Position numbers and translations under genes: made by a program
Notes under the pieces: generated by a model
The model's database searches: none
Told to the model about the DNA's origin: nothing
What the model saw: only the letters and a program-made list of their open reading frames with translations
Shown: in pieces, positions 29,624 through 41,025 of the stretch
How the letters are laid out: each line of letters begins with the position of its first letter
How positions within the stretch are numbered: position 1 is the first letter of the stretch
NCBI GenBank assembly: GCA_965232515.1
Contig: CBDDPY010000002.1
Span: forward strand, 5,226,193 to 5,290,192
Length of the DNA stretch: 64,000 nt
Direction of reading: 5' to 3'
Source: Alphaproteobacteria bacterium
GTDB lineage: Bacteria; Pseudomonadota; Alphaproteobacteria; GCA-2731375

Positions 29624-30490
29624 ATGGCGACCCAGCATTCCCGATCCGCCGCCAGACTGATGATGGCCCCCGCGGTCGTTCTGCTCCTGGGATGGATGCT
29701 CGTCCCGCTGACGATGACGCTGTACTTCTCGTTCAAGAAGTATCTGCCTCTGCGCGGCGGCGACCTGGGCTGGACGGGCTTCGACAACTATGTCCGCTTC
29801 GTCACCTCGAGCACTTTCTGGCCCAGCGTGCAAACCACGCTCGTCATCGTCGGCGGCGTGCTCCTGATCACCGTCGTTCTGGGCGTGCTGCTCGCCATCC
29901 TGCTCGATCAGCCGATGTGGGGACGGGGCGCCGTCCGCATTCTCGTGATCGCCCCGTTCTTCGTGATGCCCACGGTTTCGGCGCTGGTCTGGAAGAATAT
30001 GTTCATGGACCCGGTGAACGGCTTGCTGGCGCATTTATGGAAATTCTTCGGCGCGCAGCCGGTCGAGTGGCTGAGCGACGCGTCGATATTCTCGATCGTT
30101 CTGATCGTGTCCTGGCAATGGCTGCCGTTTGCGACCCTGATCTTGCTGACCGCCATTCAGTCGCTCGACAGCGAGCAGCTCGAGGCCGCGGAGATGGACG
30201 GTGCGCCGCCGCTTTCCCGCTTCGGGTTCATCATCCTGCCGCATCTCAGCCGGGCCATCACTATCGTCATCCTGATCCAGACGATCTTCCTGTTGTCGAT
30301 CTTCGCCGAGATTTTCGTCACTACCGGCGGCGCCTTCGGCACCCGCACGCTGACCTACCTGATCTTCCAGCGCGTGCTGGAAAGCCAGAATGTCGGGCTC
30401 GGCTCGGCGGGCGGGGTCTACGCCATCATCCTGGCCAATATCGTCGCGATCTTCCTGATGCGCATCGTCGGCAAGAACCTGGACAGGTGA
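29624..30490 (+). CDS. smoF: sugar ABC transporter permease
   Basis: 288 aa, MalF/UgpA-type EAA loop (EAAEMDGAPPLSRF). Confidence 0.85.
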   Translation: MATQHSRSAARLMMAPAVVLLLGWMLVPLTMTLYFSFKKYLPLRGGDLGWTGFDNYVRFVTSSTFWPSVQTTLVIVGGVLLITVVLGVLLAILLDQPMWGRGAVRILVIAPFFVMPTVSALVWKNMFMDPVNGLLAHLWKFFGAQPVEWLSDASIFSIVLIVSWQWLPFATLILLTAIQSLDSEQLEAAEMDGAPPLSRFGFIILPHLSRAITIVILIQTIFLLSIFAEIFVTTGGAFGTRTLTYLIFQRVLESQNVGLGSAGGVYAIILANIVAIFLMRIVGKNLDR

Positions 30491-30502
30491 GGAGGTAGGA
30501 AA

Positions 30503-31333
30503 ATGGCCCGCGCTGTCACGACCCGTCGGAAGACCGTCTACACGTTCGCCGCTTGGGGCATCGGCCTGCTGATCTTCTTCCCCATCCTCTGGACGATCCT
30601 GACCGGCTTCAAGACCGAAGCGCAGGCGATCGCCGGCCCGCCGGTTTTCCTGTTCTTCGACTGGACGCTGGAGAACTACACCGTGGTCCAGGAGCGGTCC
30701 GACTACATGCGGTTCCTCTGGAACTCGGTGATCATCGCCGGCGGGTCGACGGTTCTGGGCATCATCGTCGCGGTTCCCGCGGCCTGGTCCATGGCCTTCG
30801 TTCCTTCGAGGCGCACCAAGGATGTCCTGCTCTGGATGCTGTCGACCAAGATGCTGCCCGCCGTCGGGGTGCTCTATCCGATCTATCTTCTGTTCATCCA
30901 GCTCGGCCTGCTCGACACGCGGACCGGCCTGGTGATCGTGATGATGCTGATCAACCTGCCGATCATCGTCTGGATGCTCTACACCTATTTCCGGGAGATT
31001 CCGGGCGAGATCCTCGAAGCCGCGCGGATGGATGGCGCCTCGCTCAGAAGCGAGATCCTCTACGTGCTGACGCCGATGGCGGTGCCCGGCATCGCCTCGA
31101 CCGTCCTACTGAATTTCATTCTGGCCTGGAACGAAGCGTTCTGGACGCTCAACCTGACGGCGGCCAAGGCCGGACCGCTGACCGCGTTCATCGCCAGCTA
31201 CTCCAGCCCCGAAGGCCTGTTTTACGCGAAGCTCAGCGCCGCCTCGACCATGGCCATCGCGCCGATCCTGATCCTGGGCTGGTTCAGTCAGAAACAACTC
31301 GTCCGCGGCCTGACCTTCGGCGCGGTGAAGTGA
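30503..31333 (+). CDS. smoG: sugar ABC transporter permease
   Basis: 276 aa, MalG/UgpE-type EAA loop ([10 protein letters not shown]). Confidence 0.85.
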   Translation: MARAVTTRRKTVYTFAAWGIGLLIFFPILWTILTGFKTEAQAIAGPPVFLFFDWTLENYTVVQERSDYMRFLWNSVIIAGGSTVLGIIVAVPAAWSMAFVPSRRTKDVLLWMLSTKMLPAVGVLYPIYLLFIQLGLLDTRTGLVIVMMLINLPIIVWMLYTYFREIPGEILEAARMDGASLRSEILYVLTPMAVPGIASTVLLNFILAWNEAFWTLNLTAAKAGPLTAFIASYSSPEGLFYAKLSAASTMAIAPILILGWFSQKQLVRGLTFGAVK

Positions 31334-31343
31334 GGGGGATGAC

Positions 31344-32344
<1,001 letters not shown>

Positions 32345-32348
<4 letters not shown>

Positions 32349-33118
32349 ACAGGCTCGCGGGTAAGGCCGCACTGATAACGGGAGCCGCGCGCGGCATCGG
32401 TCTCGCCTTTGCCGAAGCCTATGTCCGCGAAGGCGCGCGGGTCGCCGTCGCGGATATCGATGTCGGGCGCGCCCGACAATCGGCAAGCGACATCGGCGAC
32501 GGGGCGATCGCGGTTGAGATCGACGTAACGCGACAGGACAGCATCGACCGCGCCGTGGCCGAAACGGTGGACGTTTTCGGCCGCATCGACATCCTGGTCA
32601 ACAACGCCGCGGTCTTCACCGCCGCGCCTATTGTCGACATCACGCGTGAGGACTACGAGCGAATCTTCGACATCAACGTCGCTGGCACATTGTTCACGAT
32701 GCAGGCCGTCGCCCGACACATGATCGCGCGCGGCGGCGGCGGAAAAATCATCAACATGGCCAGCCAGGCGGGGCGACGCGGCGAGGCGCTGGTCGCGGTC
32801 TATTGCGCGAGCAAGGCCGCCGTCATCAGTCTGACCCAGTCCGCGGGGCTGAACCTGATCAAACATGGCATCAACGTGAACGCCATCGCGCCTGGCGTGG
32901 TGGATGGCGAGCACTGGGATGGCGTCGACGCCTATTTCGCCAGATACGAGAACAAGGCGCCGGGACAGAAGAAAAAGGAAGTCGGCGACGCCGTGCCCTA
33001 CGGCCGCATGGGCAAAGCGGCCGACCTCACGGGCATGGCGATCTTTCTGGCCAGCGACGAGGCCGACTACATCGTCGCGCAGTGCTACAACGTGGATGGC
33101 GGCCAGTGGATGAGCTGA
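32345..33118 (+). CDS. smoS: sorbitol dehydrogenase (SDR family)
   Basis: 257 aa, [40 protein letters not shown]. Very like my recollection of R. sphaeroides SmoS. Confidence 0.85.
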
Positions 33119-34584
33119 CGCGCCTGTCGAACGCCACGCTGGGCCGGGTCCCCGACGGCATCGCGCGGCCGAATTACGACCGCGCCCTGCTCACGCCCGG
33201 CATCGTCCATATCGGCGTCGGCAACTTTCACCGGGCGCATCAGGCCTGGTACCTGCACCGCCTGATGCAGGCCGGGCAGGCGTTCGACTGGGCCATTGTC
33301 GGCGCCGGCGTGCGCGGCCAGGACGCGCGCATGCGCGAAAAGCTGCTGGCGCAGGACTGCCTTACGAACCTCATCGAACTCGAGCCCACCGGCAAATCCG
33401 CCGAGATCGTGGGGTCGATGATCGACTATCTGCCCATCGAGGACGGAAATGCACCCCTCATCGCGCGGATGGCGGATCCGGCGATCCGGATCGTCGCGCT
33501 GACCGTGACGGAAGGCGGCTACTACCTCAATCCCGCGACCAACTGTTTCGATGCGGATCACCCGGATATGCGCCACGACGCCGCAATCCCCGACACGCCG
33601 CGAACCGCGTTCGGCGCCATGGTTGCCGCGCTGAAGCTTCGGCGCGATCGGGGTGTCGGGCCGTTTACGGGACAGAGCTGCGACAATCTGTTGGGGAACG
33701 GCCGCGTCCTGCGCCAGACCGTCGTTTCGCTGGCGGGTCTGTCGGACCCGGATCTGGCCGACTGGATCGACGCAAACTGCAGCTTCCCCAACGCCATGGT
33801 CGATTGCATCGTGCCAGCGACGGGCTCGCAAGAGATCGCGCTCACCCGCGCGTTCGGCGTCGACGACCGCGCGCCCGTGACCCATGAGAGATTCCGCCAG
33901 TGGGTCATCGAGGATGACTTCTGCGCGGGCCGCCCGGATTGGGACCGCGTTGGCGCGACGTTTACCGACGATGTGCGCGCCTACGAAATGATGAAGCTCC
34001 GCATCCTCAACGCCGGACATCAGATCCTCGCCAATCCGGGCGAGATCCTCTCGATCGACACGATTGCGGGCTGCATGGCCCATCCATTGATCGCCGCATT
34101 CTTTCGAAAGGTTCTGACCGAAGAGATCGTGCCGCATGTCGAGGCAGTGCCCGGAATGACTCCACGGCAGTATGTCAACCTCATCGACCGCCGTTTCAGC
34201 AACGACGCCATCGTGGACACAACCCGGCGGGTCGCCTTCGACGGCGCGTCACGCCATGCCGGCTTTGTCCTTCCGATCGTTCGCGACGGATTGGCGTCGG
34301 ATACGCCGATAGCCGGGCTTGCGCTGGTCGAGGCCATGTGGGCGCGGATGTGCGAGGGCACGCGCGAAGACGGCGGCGCAATCGCGCCCAACGATCCGCT
34401 CTGGGACGATCTGATCGCGGCGGCGAAAGCGGCGCGGGATCGCCCGCGCGCCTGGCTCGAGCAACGGCCGTTCTATGGCGATCTGATCGACGCGCCGCGC
34501 TTCGCCGACGCATTCGGGCACTGGCTCGGCGTGATCTGGTCGCAGGGATGCGAAACCGCCCTGCGGGAATACATCGGCGAATAA
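33106..34584 (+). CDS. mtlK: mannitol 2-dehydrogenase (long-chain mannitol dehydrogenase family)
   Basis: The in-frame GTG at 33106 overlaps the smoS end. VHIGVGNFHRAHQAWY NAD motif. The upstream part of ORF 32803..34584 lies off-frame within smoS. Confidence 0.85.
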   Translation: MDELTRLSNATLGRVPDGIARPNYDRALLTPGIVHIGVGNFHRAHQAWYLHRLMQAGQAFDWAIVGAGVRGQDARMREKLLAQDCLTNLIELEPTGKSAEIVGSMIDYLPIEDGNAPLIARMADPAIRIVALTVTEGGYYLNPATNCFDADHPDMRHDAAIPDTPRTAFGAMVAALKLRRDRGVGPFTGQSCDNLLGNGRVLRQTVVSLAGLSDPDLADWIDANCSFPNAMVDCIVPATGSQEIALTRAFGVDDRAPVTHERFRQWVIEDDFCAGRPDWDRVGATFTDDVRAYEMMKLRILNAGHQILANPGEILSIDTIAGCMAHPLIAAFFRKVLTEEIVPHVEAVPGMTPRQYVNLIDRRFSNDAIVDTTRRVAFDGASRHAGFVLPIVRDGLASDTPIAGLALVEAMWARMCEGTREDGGAIAPNDPLWDDLIAAAKAARDRPRAWLEQRPFYGDLIDAPRFADAFGHWLGVIWSQGCETALREYIGE

Positions 34585-34587
34585 GCC

Positions 34588-35493
34588 TCAATCCGGGAAG
34601 TGGCGCTTGGCGTCTGCCTTGATGTGGTCGATCAGGACGCGCAGGCGTGGCGGCATCCGGCGGCGGTGCACGTAGGTGGCGGAGATCGTGCCCGGCCGGT
34701 GGTGCCAGTCCGGCAGGATGCGCACGAGGTCGCCATACTTTAATTCGTTCCGCACCGCGTAGTTCGGCAGCAGGCCGGCCGCCGCGCCCTCCAGCACGAA
34801 CTGCTTCGCCGTCAGGCCGGAATTGGTCCGGAAGGTCGAGTTCAGCCGCACGGTCAGGTGCTCGCTGTCGCCGCGGTCGAGCGTCAGCCGGTCGAAATCC
34901 GGAAAGATCGTCAGCGCCACCCAGGGCCGGTGCGCCAGATCGTAGGGCGAGCGCACGGCGCCGACGCGTGCGAGATAAGCGGGCGACGCGCAGGGGATCA
35001 TGGCGAAGTCGCAGATTTTCACCGCGTGCAGCTCGGTGTTCTTCAGCCAGCCGACGCGGAAGGCCAGATCGTAGCCGCCCTCGATCAGGTCCGTGATCGC
35101 GTCCTGCACGTCGAGCTCGACCGAGATCTTCGGATGCGCGGTATGAAACCGCGCGATGCTGCCGGTCAGATAATGCACCGCCAGATTTTGCGAGGCGGTG
35201 ATGCGGATCAGGCCAGACGGGCTCTCCTGCTGCGTTTCCAGCCGGTTCACCGCCGTCGACACCGTGTCCAGCATGGCGCTGCCGGCCTGGCACAGCTCGT
35301 CGCCCTCCTGCGTCACCGAGATCGACCGCGTCGACCGGTTCAGCAGCCGTACCTGAAGCTGCCGTTCCAGGTCCGAGACATGCTGGCTGACCACCGATTT
35401 GCTCAGGCCCAACGCCTCGGCGGCGCCGGTGAACGAGCCGGCCTCGACCACGCGCTGGAAGATGCCGATGCGGTAGAGAATCTTCAGGTCCAT
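34588..35493 (-). CDS. LysR-family transcriptional regulator, divergent from the iso-like cluster
   Basis: Internal ATG of ORF 34588..35571. FQRVVEAGSFTGAAEALGLSKSVVSQHV HTH. Confidence 0.9.
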   Translation of the reverse strand: MDLKILYRIGIFQRVVEAGSFTGAAEALGLSKSVVSQHVSDLERQLQVRLLNRSTRSISVTQEGDELCQAGSAMLDTVSTAVNRLETQQESPSGLIRITASQNLAVHYLTGSIARFHTAHPKISVELDVQDAITDLIEGGYDLAFRVGWLKNTELHAVKICDFAMIPCASPAYLARVGAVRSPYDLAHRPWVALTIFPDFDRLTLDRGDSEHLTVRLNSTFRTNSGLTAKQFVLEGAAAGLLPNYAVRNELKYGDLVRILPDWHHRPGTISATYVHRRRMPPRLRVLIDHIKADAKRHFPD

Positions 35494-35604
35494 TGTTCGA
35501 TTATACCGAACAATCCGTTTCGGCAATGGCCATAGCCGGGCCACGCGCCGCTCCCCTATCGTCTTGGGCAACGATGTTTATCGATTTCTGACGGAGTTCA
35601 GTCG

Positions 35605-36834
35605 ATGCCGGGACCGCTTGATGGCGTACGCATCATCGATCTGACGACCATGTTGTCGGGCCCCTGGGCCACCATGATCCTGGCCGACCAGGGCGCCGAT
35701 GTGATCAAGGTCGAGGTGCCAGGCGCCGGCGACCACGTGCGCTCGCTCGGCAATCAGAGCGCCGGCATGTCGGCCATGTTCCTCAACATCAACCGCAACA
35801 AGCGCTCGGTGACGCTGGACCTGAAATCGGACGCCGGCAAGGACCTGCTGCGGCGGCTGGCGAAGACGGCCGACGTGTTCGTGCAGAATTTCCGCCCCGG
35901 CGTCGTCGACCGACTCGGCATCGGCTACGACGACATCGCAGCCGTCAATCCGTCAATTCTGTATGTCTCGATCTCCGGCTTCGGCGAGGCCGGGCCCTAT
36001 GCCGGCAAGCCGGTCTACGACCCCGTGATCCAGGCGGTCTCCGGCCTGACCACCGTGCAGGCCGGCTCGGACGCGGAACGGCCGCGGCTGGTGCGCACGG
36101 TCCTGCCGGACAAGGTCTCGGCCATCACCGCCGCGCAGACCATCGCCTCGGGCCTGTTCGCGCGCGAGCGCACGGGCCAGGGCCAGCACGTCAAGCTGTC
36201 CATGCTCGACGCCGTGCTCGCCTTCCTGTGGGCGAGCGACTTCGGCGCGCAGACCTATCCCGAGCGCCCGACCACCAACCAGGCGGCCGCCAGCTTCATC
36301 GACCTGATCTACGAAACCAGCGACGGTTTCATGACCGTCGCGGTGATGAGCAACAAGGAGTGGGTGGCGCTGACCCGGGCGCTCGGCAGGCCGGAATGGC
36401 TGGAGGACGAACGGTTCGCGACGCCGTCGGCCCGCGACCGCCATGTCGACGAGCGGCTGCAGATGACGCAAGAGGTGCTGAAGACACGCACGACGGCAGA
36501 GTGGCTCGAACGTCTCGAGGCCGAGGGCGTGCCCTGCGCGCCGGCGCTGACTCGCAACGAGGTGATCGATTTTCCGCAGGTCGTCGCTGGCGACTCCATC
36601 GTCGAGTATCGGCATCATGCCGCCGGTCTGCTGCGCCAGGCGCGGCCGCCGGCGCGCTACCAGCAGACACCGGCCGAGATCCGCGTCGGCGCGCCGCTGC
36701 TGGGCGAGCACAATGAAGAGATCCTGTCCGAGATCGGTCTGTCGGAAGCCGAGATCGGGCAATTCAGGGCCAGCGGCGCGATCGGCGCCGAGCAGCAGGC
36801 CCGCGCCGCCGACATGTCCGCGGCGGACGACTAA
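35605..36834 (+). CDS. isoG: family III (CaiB/BaiF) CoA-transferase, IsoG-like
   Basis: 409 aa, IIDLTTMLSGPWATMILADQGADVIKVE. The symbol rests on position in a G-H-I-A-B-C-D-E-F arrangement. Confidence 0.65.
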   Translation: MPGPLDGVRIIDLTTMLSGPWATMILADQGADVIKVEVPGAGDHVRSLGNQSAGMSAMFLNINRNKRSVTLDLKSDAGKDLLRRLAKTADVFVQNFRPGVVDRLGIGYDDIAAVNPSILYVSISGFGEAGPYAGKPVYDPVIQAVSGLTTVQAGSDAERPRLVRTVLPDKVSAITAAQTIASGLFARERTGQGQHVKLSMLDAVLAFLWASDFGAQTYPERPTTNQAAASFIDLIYETSDGFMTVAVMSNKEWVALTRALGRPEWLEDERFATPSARDRHVDERLQMTQEVLKTRTTAEWLERLEAEGVPCAPALTRNEVIDFPQVVAGDSIVEYRHHAAGLLRQARPPARYQQTPAEIRVGAPLLGEHNEEILSEIGLSEAEIGQFRASGAIGAEQQARAADMSAADD

Positions 36835-36863
36835 GGCAAGCGCTCGGGGGGAGAGACGGACGC

Positions 36864-37544
36864 ATGGCAACCTATCTGATCGTCGGCAGCGACCGCGGCA
36901 TCGGCCTGGCCATCTGCGAGCAGTTGCACGCGCGCGGCGACGAAGTTATCGCCGCCTGTCTCGGCAACGGCGACGACCTGACCCGCCAGGGCATCCGGGT
37001 GATCCGGCAGATCGACGTGACGTCGGACGAGGCCGCCCAGCGGCTCGGAGAGACTCTGCGCGGCGACGACATAAGCCTCGACGTCGTCATTCACGTCGCA
37101 GGCGTGCTGGGGCTGGACGAGCTCGGCAACATCGATTTCGACGACGTCCGGCGGCAGATCGAGATCAACACCATCGGTCCGTTGCGCATCGCGCAGGCCG
37201 TCCTCGACCAGCTCGGCGAGGGCGCGAAGCTCGGCATCGTCACCAGCCGCGTCGGCTCGCTCGCCGACAACGGCAGCGGCGGCATGTACGCCTACCGGGT
37301 CTCGAAATGCGCTGCCAACATGGTCGGCCTCAACCTGCACCATGACCTGGCGAAGCGCGGCATCTCAGTGCTGCTGCTGCATCCCGGCATGGTCGCGACC
37401 GATCTGACCAAGGATCTGCCGGGGGACTTTGACTACATCCAGCCAACCGAAGCCGCGGCCGGCCTGATCCGCAACATGGACGAGCTGACGCCGGAGACGG
37501 CGGGCCGGTTCCGGCACGCGAACGGGGACTATCTGCCGTGGTGA
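36864..37544 (+). CDS. isoH: short-chain dehydrogenase, IsoH-like
   Basis: 226 aa, YLIVGSDRGIG (TGxxxGxG variant), YRVSKCA catalytic Y-x3-K. Confidence 0.6.
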   Translation: MATYLIVGSDRGIGLAICEQLHARGDEVIAACLGNGDDLTRQGIRVIRQIDVTSDEAAQRLGETLRGDDISLDVVIHVAGVLGLDELGNIDFDDVRRQIEINTIGPLRIAQAVLDQLGEGAKLGIVTSRVGSLADNGSGGMYAYRVSKCAANMVGLNLHHDLAKRGISVLLLHPGMVATDLTKDLPGDFDYIQPTEAAAGLIRNMDELTPETAGRFRHANGDYLPW

Positions 37545-37640
37545 GGTGCGGAACGTAAAGCCGTTTGATCCGCCAAGAAAACGCCCGGCCGGCAACGCAT
37601 TCGGTTATCGGGGTCGAAAAACGAAGGGGAGGACGATCAC

Positions 37641-38393
37641 ATGATGAAGGTCTATCAATACGTGCCAGGCTGGACCGTCGCCTGCATCAGTCCCTATGTC
37701 TCCAAGCTCGCGAACTATCTGCGCATGGTCGGACATCCGTTCGAGCTGGTACAGCAGGACCTGTCGCGCCTGCAGGAAGACGCGCCGCGCGGCAAGCTGC
37801 CGTTCATCATCGACGATGACGGCACCAAGGTGGCGGATTCCAACGAGATCATCGCCTATCACAAGGCGAAATACGGCGACAAACTCGACGCCGACCTGAC
37901 GCGGGAAGAAAAGGCCGTGGCCACGGCCTGGATGCGGCTGATCGACGAGCACCTCTACTGGTCCGGCGTCATTCAGCCGCGCTGGCGCATGGACGACGGC
38001 TGGGAAACCTATGTGCCGATCATCTGCGGCGGCGCCACCGAGATTCCGGCCGAGGTCCGCGAAGGCCTCGACGCCTTCCGCGTCCATATCCGCGACGAGT
38101 TCGTGCATCAGGGCATGGGCCTCAAGACCGACGAGGAAGTCCTCGAGACCTTCAAGGTCGATGTCGACGCCATGGAAGACTTCCTGCACCACAAGAGCTT
38201 CTTCATGGGTCCGAACCCGACCTCGATCGACGCGGCCGTGTTTTCGATCCTGACGCATATGATCGAAAGCCCGTTTGCCTGGCCGGGGCGCGATTACATC
38301 CGCGGCAAGCAGTCGTTCGTCGACTACATGGCGCGCATGCGAGAACGCTTCGATCTTGATTTCGGCATTGCGCCGGGGGCCGAAGCCGCCTGA
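37641..38393 (+). CDS. isoI: glutathione S-transferase (GST_N_4 / metaxin-like), IsoI-like
   Basis: 250 aa, VYQYVPGW...ISPYVSKL...GKLPFIIDDDGTKVADSNEII. Strong RBS AAGGGGAGG. Resembles my recollection of IsoI from isoprene degraders. Confidence 0.6.
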   Translation: MMKVYQYVPGWTVACISPYVSKLANYLRMVGHPFELVQQDLSRLQEDAPRGKLPFIIDDDGTKVADSNEIIAYHKAKYGDKLDADLTREEKAVATAWMRLIDEHLYWSGVIQPRWRMDDGWETYVPIICGGATEIPAEVREGLDAFRVHIRDEFVHQGMGLKTDEEVLETFKVDVDAMEDFLHHKSFFMGPNPTSIDAAVFSILTHMIESPFAWPGRDYIRGKQSFVDYMARMRERFDLDFGIAPGAEAA

Positions 38394-38518
38394 CGGCGGG
38401 CCATCGGCCATGCGCGGGCCGCAGCCCGCATCTCCACTTTTTGCCGCCGCACCGCACGTGCCGGCCGGCCCGCGCGCGGCCGGCCGCAGCGGGCGAGGTC
38501 ATCTCGAAAGGACCTGAT

Positions 38519-40015
38519 ATGGCATTGCTTAATCGCGACGACTGGTACGACATCGCCCGCGACGTCGACTGGACCTTCAGCTACGTCGACCGGGACGAGG
38601 CCTTCCCCGAGGAATGGGTCGGCGCCAAGGGCATTCCGCTCGAAGCCTGGGAGGATTGGGAGGAGCCGTTCCGGGTCTCCTACCGCGACTACGTCAAGGT
38701 CCAGCGCGAGAAGGAAACCGGCGTCGGCGCTATTCGCGACGCCATGATGCGGGCCAATCTCTACGCCCATCTCGATGCCGGCCACCAGGCTTCGTCGCAT
38801 CTGCACATGGGCACGACCTGCATGGTCGAGCAGATGGCCGTCACCATGCAGAGCCGCTTCTGCCGTTTCGCCCCGTCGCCGAAATGGCGCAGCCTCGGCG
38901 TGTTCGGCATGCTCGACGAGATCCGCCACGCCCAGCTCGACATGCGTTTCTCGCACGACCTGTTGAAGGACGAGCCGCGGTTCGACTGGTGTCAAAAGGC
39001 GTTCCACACCAACGAGTGGGGCGTGATCGCGGTCCGGAACTTCTTCGACGACGTCATGCTGAACGCCGACTGCATCGAGGCGGCGCTCGCCACCAGTCTC
39101 ACCGTCGAGCACGGCTTCACCAACATTCAGTTCGTGGCGCTGGCGTCGGACGCCATGGACGCCGGCGACATCAACTTCTCGAACCTGCTGTCCAGCATCC
39201 AGACCGACGAGGCGCGTCACGCCCAGGTCGGCTTCCCGACGCTCGACGTGATCATCAAGCACGATCCCGCCCGCGCGCAGCGGATCATCGACATCGCCTT
39301 CTGGCGCTCGGTCCGGCTGTTCCAGACGCTGACCGGCACGGCCATGGACTATTACACGCCGGTCGAGAAGCGGAAGATGTCGTTCAAGGAGTTCATGCTC
39401 GAGTGGATCGTCAAGCACCACGAACGCATCCTGCGCGACTACGGCCTGAAGCTGCCGTGGTACTGGGACAAGTTCCTGCTGGCCCTCGACCACGGCCACC
39501 ATGCGCTGCAGATCGGCACCTGGTTCTGGCGCCCGACGCTGTTCTGGAAGCCGAACGGCGGTATCTCCAAGGCCGAGCGCCGCTGGCTGAATGAGAAGTA
39601 CCCGTCCTGGGAAGACAGCTGGGGCGTGCTCTGGGACGAGATCATCAAGAACATCCGCGCCGGCCGAATGGAAAAGACCCTGCCGGAGACGCTGCCGGCA
39701 CTCTGCAACCTGACGCAGTTGCCGCTCGGTTCGGCTATCGACCGGCATCACCTGGCCAAACACCAGGTCGAGTACCAGGGCCGCGTCTATCACTTCGATT
39801 CCGACGTCTCGCGCTGGATCTTCGAACTCGAGCCTGATCGCTATGCCGGCCACATGAACGTCGTCGACCGCTTTATCGCCGGTCAGATCCAGCCGATGAA
39901 CCTGGAAGGCGGCCTCAACTGGATGGGCCTGACGCCCGATGTGATGGGCGATGACGCCCACGACTATCGCTGGGCTCTGGACGAGGCCGAGCAGCCGTTG
40001 CAGGCGGCCGAATGA
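38519..40015 (+). CDS. isoA: soluble diiron monooxygenase alpha (oxygenase large) subunit, IsoA/TmoA/XamoA type
   Basis: Internal ATG of ORF 38441..40015. Two diiron motifs are present, MLDEIRHAQ and QTDEARHAQ (E...ExxH twice). Confidence 0.85.
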   Translation: MALLNRDDWYDIARDVDWTFSYVDRDEAFPEEWVGAKGIPLEAWEDWEEPFRVSYRDYVKVQREKETGVGAIRDAMMRANLYAHLDAGHQASSHLHMGTTCMVEQMAVTMQSRFCRFAPSPKWRSLGVFGMLDEIRHAQLDMRFSHDLLKDEPRFDWCQKAFHTNEWGVIAVRNFFDDVMLNADCIEAALATSLTVEHGFTNIQFVALASDAMDAGDINFSNLLSSIQTDEARHAQVGFPTLDVIIKHDPARAQRIIDIAFWRSVRLFQTLTGTAMDYYTPVEKRKMSFKEFMLEWIVKHHERILRDYGLKLPWYWDKFLLALDHGHHALQIGTWFWRPTLFWKPNGGISKAERRWLNEKYPSWEDSWGVLWDEIIKNIRAGRMEKTLPETLPALCNLTQLPLGSAIDRHHLAKHQVEYQGRVYHFDSDVSRWIFELEPDRYAGHMNVVDRFIAGQIQPMNLEGGLNWMGLTPDVMGDDAHDYRWALDEAEQPLQAAE

Positions 40016-40034
40016 ACCGGACAGGGAGGATGTA

Positions 40035-40301
40035 ATGGCCTTGTTTCCCATTATCGGCCGCTTCGACGGCGACTTCGTGCCGCACCTGGTGGCGGTCGAC
40101 ACCGAGGACTCGATGGATCAGATCGCCGAGAAGGTGGCGGTCCATAGCGTCGGCCGCCGCATGCCGGTCAACCCTGACGCCAGCGGCTACGAAGTGCTGC
40201 TGGACGACCGGGTGCTGGACGGCGGCCAGACGCTCGAGGCGCTGATGGGCGAGACGCCTGTGCCGCCGCTGCAATGGTTCGACGTCAGGTGGAAGACGTG
40301 A
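40035..40301 (+). CDS. isoB: monooxygenase gamma subunit (TmoB/IsoB-like)
   Basis: 88 aa after GGGAGGA, at the second position of the six-gene set. Confidence 0.7.
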   Translation: MALFPIIGRFDGDFVPHLVAVDTEDSMDQIAEKVAVHSVGRRMPVNPDASGYEVLLDDRVLDGGQTLEALMGETPVPPLQWFDVRWKT

Positions 40302-40651
40302 CGGACGCCGCTACGGTCGTTCCAATCAGCGACGTCACATACGTCGAGATCTGCGCCGAGGACGAGCTGTGGGATGGCGAGATGGACGCCTTCGATGTCG
40401 GCGAGCACGAGGTGCTGCTGATCCGTCTCGACGGCCGCTATCACGCCTACGACGGCATCTGCCCGCATCAGAGCGTGTCGCTGGTCGACGGTGAGCTGAC
40501 CGAAGCCGGCGTGCTGATCTGCAGCGCCCACCAATGGCAGTTCGACGCCGCCTCCGGCAACGGGGTCAATCCGGCGACGGCCTGCCTGAAGCGCTTTCCC
40601 GTGAAAGTCGAGGACGGCCGCGTGTTCGTCGGCGATCAGCCGTTGGGCTGA
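40298..40651 (+). CDS. isoC: Rieske-type [2Fe-2S] ferredoxin (TmoC/IsoC-like)
   Basis: CPHQ...CSAHQWQF Rieske motifs. The GTG at 40298 (GTGA overlap, AGGTGGA RBS) is preferred over the ATG at 40274. Confidence 0.85.
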   Translation: MTDAATVVPISDVTYVEICAEDELWDGEMDAFDVGEHEVLLIRLDGRYHAYDGICPHQSVSLVDGELTEAGVLICSAHQWQFDAASGNGVNPATACLKRFPVKVEDGRVFVGDQPLG

Positions 40652-40680
40652 CGCCGCGGACCGCGAAAAGGGAGAACGAC

Positions 40681-40992
40681 ATGAACGAAACAGCCGATGC
40701 CGCTGAGGGTATGAACGAAGACTTGGTCGGCCCGGTGATCCGCGCCGGCGATCTGGCCGAGGCCGTGATCGACGCCGTGGCCGAGGACAACCCGCACAGC
40801 GAGGTGACCGTCGTGGACCGCGGCGACTACGTGCGCATCCACACCGAGCGCGAATGCCGGCTGACAAAATCGTCGCTGGAAAAGCATCTCGGCCGGGACT
40901 TCGATCTCGCGCTCCTGGAAGCGGAGATGCCGTCCTTCAAGGGCCGCATGCGCTCCAAATGGGACGAGATGGTCTGGTTCTACAGCAACTGA
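40681..40992 (+). CDS. isoD: MmoB/DmpM-family effector (coupling) protein (TmoD/IsoD-like)
   Basis: 103 aa after AAGGGAGA. Size and position match the effector protein. Confidence 0.75.
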   Translation: MNETADAAEGMNEDLVGPVIRAGDLAEAVIDAVAEDNPHSEVTVVDRGDYVRIHTERECRLTKSSLEKHLGRDFDLALLEAEMPSFKGRMRSKWDEMVWFYSN

Positions 40993-41025
40993 CGCGGCCG
41001 TTGACCGGCCCGAGGAGAGGAAGAC

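Noticed and set aside
38394-38518. Search for a second GST (isoJ) between isoI and isoA.
   Set aside because: The gap is only 125 bp with no ORF. The other GST in the window (21293..22072) is 16 kb away in an unrelated context, so isoJ is considered absent here.
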